Shown here in pieces: positions 56,096-64,000 of a stretch of 64,000 bases of DNA (its first letter is position 1; each line of letters opens with the position of its first letter). Made by a program: the position numbers and the translations under genes. The DNA is from the human T2T-CHM13v2.0 reference genome, Homo sapiens, in NCBI RefSeq assembly GCF_009914755.1, contig NC_060936.1. One strand, written 5' to 3'. The notes beneath the pieces were generated by a model. That model saw nothing but the letters and a program-made list of their open reading frames with translations, did no database searches and was not told where the DNA came from.

Positions 56096-56160
56096 TGAGA
56101 ATGTCAATGGCAAATTTTCATGGCCATTACAACTGTATACAAAAAAATAAACCAGAAAGT

Positions 56161-56230
56161 TGTTACGGACTGAATGTTTGTGTCCTCTGCAAAATTCGTA
56201 TGTTAAAGCCTTAACCCAAGGTGATGGTAT
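56161..56230 (+). mobile_element. MaLR LTR 5' fragment
   Basis: tgttacggactgaatgtttgtgtcc...aaaattcgtatgttaaagccttaaccc. Confidence 0.7.
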
Positions 56231-57232
56231 AGTAATTGTATCCAAACAAATATTTATTACAATCTAACATTCTAATGCTTTCAGGTTATAATAGATTAGA
56301 ATCACATACTGAGATTTATAGTATCTGAAACATGTTTGAATTTGCCCCTCTAGTATTCGACAAAAATCCATAGGTCGTAGGACTGTGCCTTCCCAACACT
56401 TGTAATATTGGATTTGCTGCAACAAGTAATTCTGCTATTGTCACTGTGGTTATTTTTCATTGTGCCACACAGCGAGATAAAAAGGAAGGGAATCTCAGGT
56501 TTTGCTTTTCCTTCTGTTTCCATGGACACAGGTTTATAATTTTATATGAAAGTCAAAATCTGTCACTCTCATTAAGTCTGTTCTTAGAGCTACTTTGCTA
56601 ACAGCTTAGACTAATGCAGTAAAATAATTAGGAACCAACAAAGAAAACACTCATAACGAAGGGAAATGAGCCCCTTCTTAAAGAAAGGAACAACTGGGAG
56701 AAGGCTGTGGAGTGAGCCCATGGCTTGAGAAAGGGATGAATAGAAGTTAATAAAGTACTTAATGAAAGCGGGTGTTGTGGAGCATTGGATGGAATCGCAG
56801 CATGCAATGTGGATATAGTTTGCTTTTAAACCAAAAACAATAGAATTAATGTTCCTTTTAAACATAACACATCCTAATGGCTAGCACTGTATCCGCCTCC
56901 TGCTGTCTCTTGCACAAATATGTGAATATATCAGCTTGACAGTTTCAAGAATCTTGCCTTTCCAAACATTTACCAGTCCAAAAATATTCACAATTATCTT
57001 CAGCATAATTAATTGTGGCCTACTGTACAATTTTGCAGGCACTGGGTCTGTGAAGCCATGTCATATTGTTCTTGTCACATAAGGTTTATTAAGGCTTTGC
57101 TGTGTGTGAAGGACACTGACAGATTATGACTGATACAAAGAACTGAAGGAACTGTTTGGAAGTAATATTACATTCAAAAATATAATGAAGAAGAGCAAAA
57201 TTAGCAAGGAATTATTAAATTACAAAAAGTTC

Positions 57233-57522
57233 AGCTGGGTGTGGTGGCTCATGCCTGTAATCCCAGCACTTTGGGAGGCTGAGGTGGGTGGATCTCTGCA
57301 GGACGTTTGAGACCAGCCTGGCCAACAGGGTAAAGCCACTTCTGTACTAGAAATACAAAAATTAGCTGGGCATACTGGCATGTGCCTGTAATCCCAGCTA
57401 CTTGGGAGACTGAGGTACAATCAGTGGAACCTAAGACGTGAAGGTTGCAGTGAGCTGAGATTGTGCCACTGCACTCCAGCCTGGGCAACAGAGTGAGACT
57501 CTGTCTTGGGGAAAAAAAAAAA
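57233..57522 (+). mobile_element. Alu (old S/J)
   Basis: Diverged Alu dimer; TSD aaaaagttc. Confidence 0.93.
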
Positions 57523-57639
57523 GTTCTTTATTTTTCTGGAAGGATTTACTTCACTAATAGCATGTACCTATAGTGAAATTAAAATGATGAAATGTGTGTA
57601 CTAGCCATGTCCCTGAAATGTTTGGTGCAAAACTGGGCC

Positions 57640-57922
57640 ATGTGCATGTCATGGGCTCCTCCATGCAGAGCTGAGCTGCCCATCTGATTCTGTCAGGCTG
57701 ACCCAGAATAATCTCCTTTCTTTAAGCAACTTAACCAATTAATATGGGACCTATATTCCATTTGCAAAAACTCTTCACCTTTCCTATATAACGTAACCTA
57801 ATCACAGAGTGAAATCCATCATATTCACAGTCCTGCCCATAAGCAAGAGTAGAGGGTTATACAAGATAAATACCCCAAGGGGCAGGAATCTTGGAGGCCG
57901 TCTTAGAATTTTGCCTACAACA
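57640..57922 (-). mobile_element. MLT1G/H-like LTR
   Basis: ccatcatattcacagtcctgccca...ggggcaggaatcttggaggccgtcttagaattttgcctacaaca. Confidence 0.75.
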
Positions 57923-58265
57923 GTGAAGACTACAGCTCACTAGATAGACAGTGGTAGATTTGTATTGCAATACTGAAATCATAAATGGATTTAATTATTA
58001 ATACCAATACTATGCAAGATGAGCATCATTACACATTTTTAGCTAGAGTAGGGGCTCCCATATATAGACTTTAATTAAAGGTAGCCATGGTAACTGGAAA
58101 GTTCATTACAGTCTTAGTATTAGTATTTTTCTTCTCCGTCATCCCAATCCTGAAAAAGTATGTTTATGTGTGTACGCCATTTGAGGGCAAGAATTAGGGG
58201 ATGTATTTTGCCTATTTAAATAGAAAGGTTGTTACTTAAAATTAATTAAAATATATACTGAGTGC

Positions 58266-58590
<325 letters not shown>

Positions 58591-58706
58591 TATATACTGA
58601 GTGCTTGACAGAGGGTAAATGCTGTTCAGATACTATTTTTATGAAAGAATTACCTCAATATTTCTTCTTAAGAGAATATGAATGATCTCATTTTCCATAT
58701 GAATTT

Positions 58707-58731
58707 TGTGTGTGTGTGTGTGTGTGTCTGT
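58707..58731. repeat. (TG)n microsatellite
   Basis: Seen directly. Confidence 0.9.
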
Positions 58732-58929
58732 GTTCATATTTTTTTCCAAGCAAGTTGCAAAGATTGGTCCTCATTTAAAGTTAGATATTTAATACCTTAT
58801 AGGCCAGAATTATCTCTCTGTGGGGAATCTCACTCCAATGAATTTTCTCTAACATTAAATTTGCTGATCTAGGCAATAGAATATTAAATTAAGCAATACA
58901 GTTTGCCACAACCTTTTAGATATCATGTT

Positions 58930-59530
58930 TGAGAGTTCATCAACCATTATTTTCAAGACCTACTATGTAACAGGCACTGTACTAGGCACTGGAAAATAGA
59001 TCCCTATTTACTAAAAGAGGAAAGAGTACAGTCAAGTAAACAAATAAATAGCATAATTTCAGATAAAGATCCATGCTATGAAGAAAATTAAATAAGTTGA
59101 TGTAATGGGATTGAACAAGGGGCAGCAGAGATGAGGGGAAGTTAATTTAGACTGTTTGTGAGATAAGGTCTCATTGAGTAGCTTAAGTTGTAACCTGAAT
59201 GACAAAAATAAGGTCAGTCAAGAGAAAAACTGGGGACAAGAACTTCCAGGCAAATGGATCAACAAATGCAAAAATGTGCAATGGGAACAATCTTGGTATA
59301 TTGAAGGAATACAAAGAAAGCCGGAAAGGGCTGTCATCCAATGAAGGAGGGAAGAGGGAGAGTGGGGTTGAATTATATGGGTTATGTAGGTTCTTGAGAG
59401 TCACGAAATGATTGGATGATTGGGTATTTGTTTCTAAATGCAGTTGGCAGTCATTGTAGAACTGATTTGAATTACATTGTTTTAAAAGGTACTCAGGCTG
59501 CTGTACTGTGAATGGCATTTGGTAGAGCCT
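58930..59530 (-). mobile_element. L2 LINE
   Basis: acctactatgtaacaggcactgtactaggcactgg...gctatgaagaaaattaaa...ttttaaaaggtactcaggctgctg. Confidence 0.8.
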
Positions 59531-59910
59531 CATCCATATCTATTGATTATAACTAAAACAAAAATGCATTACTAGTCCTAGGAGGACAATCAGTCAATTA
59601 TATTCACTATTTAGTTTTTATTTTTAATTTTAATGTGTCTGTCAATTAGTAGGATATCTTTCTATTTGGCATAAATCCTGTCTATAGTTATTTCTGATAA
59701 AAATCTTAAAAGAGAACTGTTAAAAATTTTTATAAATTTTTTTCTCCACCAGCTGTTATTTTCAAAAATCCAAAAGAGGTATGAAGCCCAAACTTGTCCC
59801 TTTATCAGTTTGCTCTTTTTATTCCAGTAATATGCTATGGTCTGTTATTTTAAGGTTACTAAGGAGTACCAATCTAACAATAGTATAACCTTTTTAAAAT
59901 TAACAAAGTC

Positions 59911-60259
<349 letters not shown>

Positions 60260-60464
60260 TCATGGTACAGGAAAGTCAAATGTGACAGTATTTTTCAATA
60301 ATGTATCTTCAACACTAGGCTTTTCTAGCTGTATGTTTGTACGCATAAACATGTCCAGTTCATCTCTTCAACAAACACTGATCATTTTGTTGACTTTAAG
60401 TAGCTAGGATTTCAAATATCCAAGCAACTTACTTTGTAGTGCTTTTTAAAAAGTAGCAATATGA

Positions 60465-60499
60465 ATCACTTCTCGGCCTTTTGGCTAAGATCAAGTGTA
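60465..60499 (+). pseudogene. 3'-truncated U2 snRNA retropseudogene (U2 nt 1-35)
   Basis: atcacttctcggccttttggctaagatcaagtgta equals the U2 5' end ATCGCTTCTCGGCCTTTTGGCTAAGATCAAGTGTA with one CpG transition; perfect 19-bp TSD aaaaagtagcaatatgaat (60448-60466, 60499-60517). Confidence 0.95.
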
Positions 60500-61176
60500 A
60501 AAAGTAGCAATATGAATAAGTTTTGAAAACTGTCACTCCTTCAAAAAGTATAGAGAATGGAGAGTAAGAAATCAAAAGTCAGAAGTCAGGAACACAGGGA
60601 AATTTTTATTCTAGTAATAGTGTAATGAGGACAAGTTCTAAGGCATAAAAAGTTCTACTTGAAGACAATGAAGAATAAACACGGTAGTGAAGAAGGACCA
60701 AGATCCAGGAAAAGGCAGAAATCCAGAAAGAATAACGTTGCATTCAGGGCTACACTTCTTCTGGAGATTTGTGCCAATTCTGGAGAAAGTGGATGTGAAG
60801 CTGAGCAACTGAGCTGGGATGATTTTGACAATCTGCCAGAGCAAGAAGGACAAAGTCTGGGACCAGAGTCCACCAAGGAGAAGAAACCAGGTGAACCTTC
60901 ATTGCTTTCTATCAGGACCCCAAAAGATGACACCTTAAGGATGAGCCAGAAATCGACAGGCCTTTTAAGGATTACAACTCCCTTTAGCATCATCTCCAGA
61001 TGGCAAGCATATTCAGAAGCCTGGCAGAAGCAAATATTAATTATCTTTGAAATAAGGTAATATCATATTAGGCCTCCAATTATTTCTACAAACAATTGTG
61101 TACAACGTCCTAAATAAAACAAAATATGACCAGGTACAAGACAATATAAAATAACAAATTAAATACAGTTTACAGA

Positions 61177-61296
61177 AGGCTGAGGCAGGAGAATGGCGTG
61201 AACCCGGGAGGCGGAGCTTGCAGTGAGCTGAGATCACACCACTGCACTCCATCCTGGGCGACAGAGCAAGACTCTGTCTCAAAAAAGAAAAAAAAA
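61177..61296 (+). mobile_element. 5'-truncated AluY
   Basis: ggagaatggcgtgaacccgggaggcggagcttgcagtgag. Confidence 0.9.
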
Positions 61297-61693
61297 GTTT
61301 AAAATCATAGAGAATAGAATTCAAGTAACAGTGACTTTAAGATATTAGACTTATCACATGCAGAGTTTTTTTAAAAAATAACAATATTTACTATATTAGA
61401 GGAGATAAAAACCCAAGTTTGAGAATTTTGGGAGAAAACTTGAAACTATTAACAAAGGGCCACGTAGAAGCTCTAAAAACTCAATTGAAAATACAACAAT
61501 TGAACTTAAGAATGCAATGGTTGAGTTTAATAACAGATTAGATGAGGTGAAGAGAAAATTAATAAACTGAGGGTTAGATCAAAAGAAATAGTCAGAATAC
61601 AACAAGATATAGAAGTACGGAAAGACAGATCTGATGCAGTGAGAAATTCTAACATACATAATAAGATTCATGAAAGAGATAAAAAACAGTTGG

Positions 61694-62077
<384 letters not shown>

Positions 62078-62354
62078 CTAGGTGTAAGATAAGACAATGA
62101 TGCCTCTTGTCGTTACTTTTATCAACATTGAATTAAATTTTCTAGCCAATAAAAATTAGTAAAACTTAAAGAAAAGGGAAGAAATGTAGCTGTCATTATT
62201 CTCAGGCAATACAATTAAGGAAATAGAAAATCCTGAAGAATCTATGGTTAAATTATTAAAATTAATAGGTAAGATTAGAATCGTTACTGAGTACAAAGTC
62301 AAAATACAACAGTTCAATGCATTGCTACACACCAACAATAGTTAAAATAAATTA

Positions 62355-64000
62355 CAACTCTTAGAACAGCTAGAACTAACAAATTCAGTAAATTTGCAGG
62401 ATACAAAATCAACATATAAAAATTAGTAGCATTTCTGTACATCAATAATGAACTATTTGAAAAAGAAATCAAGAAAGCAATTACAATAATTATAGTAGAT
62501 GAAAAAATTGCCTAGGAATAGTTTAACCAGGAGGAAAAAAAAAACCTCTACAGTGATAACTATAACATTGATGAAAGAAATTGGAGAGGATAGAAACAAA
62601 TGGAAAGATATTCTATGTCCATGGATTGGAAGGATTAATGTTGTTAAAACGTCCATACTACCCAAAATGATGTACAGACTCAATGCAATCCCTATGCTAA
62701 TGCTGACAATCTTCACAAAAACAGAAACCATCCCAAAACTTAAATGGAACCACGAAAGATCTTAAATAGTAAAAGCAACCTTAAGCAAAAGGAACAAAGC
62801 TGGAAGTATCATGCTATTTGACTTCAAAATATACTGCAAAGCTGTAGTAACCAAGACAGCATAATACTGGTATGAAAACAGGCACATAGACCAAAGGAAC
62901 AGAATAGCGAACACTTATATAAATCAACACATTTACAACCAACTCTTTTTCATCAAAGGTACCAAGAACATGTAATGGGGAAAGGACAGTCTCTTCAATA
63001 AATAATGCTGAAGAAATTGGATAACCATATGCAGAAGAATGAAACTAGACACCTATCTCTCACCATACACCAAAATCAAACTCAAAATGGATTAAAGACT
63101 TAAATGTGATAGCTAACCCTAGAAAACTACCAGAACAAAGCATAGGGGAAACATTTTATGACATTGGTTTAGATGAGAATTTTTAAAGTAACAACTCAAA
63201 AGCACAGGCAACAAAAATAAAAACAGATAGATGGGATTACACCTCACTAAAAAGCTGCACAGCAAAAGAAATAATCAACAGAGTGAAGAAACAACCTACA
63301 GAAAAGGGAAAGTATATGCAAGCCATGCATCTGACAACGGGTTAATTTCCAGAATATACATGGAACTCAAACAACTCAGTAGCAAAAAAAGCAAACAATC
63401 AAATTTAAAAATGGGCAAAGCATTTGAATAGACATTTCTCAAAAGAAGACACAGAAAAGGAAAAGCACATGAAAAAATGTTCAACAACATTAATTACCAG
63501 GGAAATGCAAATCAAAACCACAATGAGATAACAGCTCACTCTAACTAAAATAGCTAATATCAAAAGGACAAAAAATAACAAATGCTGGTATGGATGTGGA
63601 TAAAAGGAAACCATTATACATTGTTAGTGATTATGTAATTTGTTACAGCATTATGGAAAACAGTATGAAATTTCCTCAAAAACTTAAAAATAGAAATACC
63701 ATATGATCTGGCAATTCCACTCCTGGGTATTTTTCCAAAGGAAATAAATGTTATAATAAATGTTATAAGATAAATGTTATAAAATAAATGTTAAAGAGAC
63801 GTCTTCACTCCCATGTCTTTTTGCAGCACTATTCACAATAACCACAAAACAGAATCAACCTACGTGTCCATCGATGAAGAATGGGTAAAGAAAATGTGGT
63901 ATAGAAACACAAAAGAATACTGGACATCCATTTAAAACAGTGAAATCCTATCATTTGCAGCAGCATGGGTGAACCTGGAGGACATTATGTTAAGTGAAAT
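62355..64000 (+). mobile_element. L1MA-type ORF2 3' half, runs off the window end
   Basis: [28 protein letters not shown]; continuous L1 ORF2 C-terminal sequence with stops. Confidence 0.93.

Noticed and set aside
60465-60499. Functional U2 snRNA gene
   Set aside because: Only the first 35 nt of U2, no Sm site or 3' stem-loops, and bounded by a TSD.

Overview
AT-rich primate genomic DNA, almost certainly human (AluJ/S/Y, L1PA/PB/MA, THE1, MST). It reads as intronic or intergenic. I found no recognisable protein-coding gene; the ORF track is explained by Alu/L1/LTR remnants or chance. Much of the window is layered transposon debris: Alu, L1, MaLR/ERVL LTRs, MER DNA transposons, L2, MIR and CR1/L3. 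Between these are repeat-free blocks that may be conserved regulatory DNA. The best-supported notable structures are: a 35-nt 3'-truncated U2 snRNA retrocopy with a perfect 19-bp target-site duplication (TSD); a ~100-bp, ~95% identical inverted copy 1.15 kb from its source, which looks like a templated insertion; a near-perfect 113-bp tandem duplication; a 5'-inverted (twin-primed) L1 with an unusually large internal gap; a degenerate LTR-int-LTR MLT1 provirus; and a head-to-head Alu pair about 33 bp apart. Several minus-strand exon-like segments could belong to a spliced lncRNA, but this is speculative. I see no convincing evidence of a novel multi-gene system. Subfamily calls come from recalled consensus motifs, and boundaries of old repeats are approximate.
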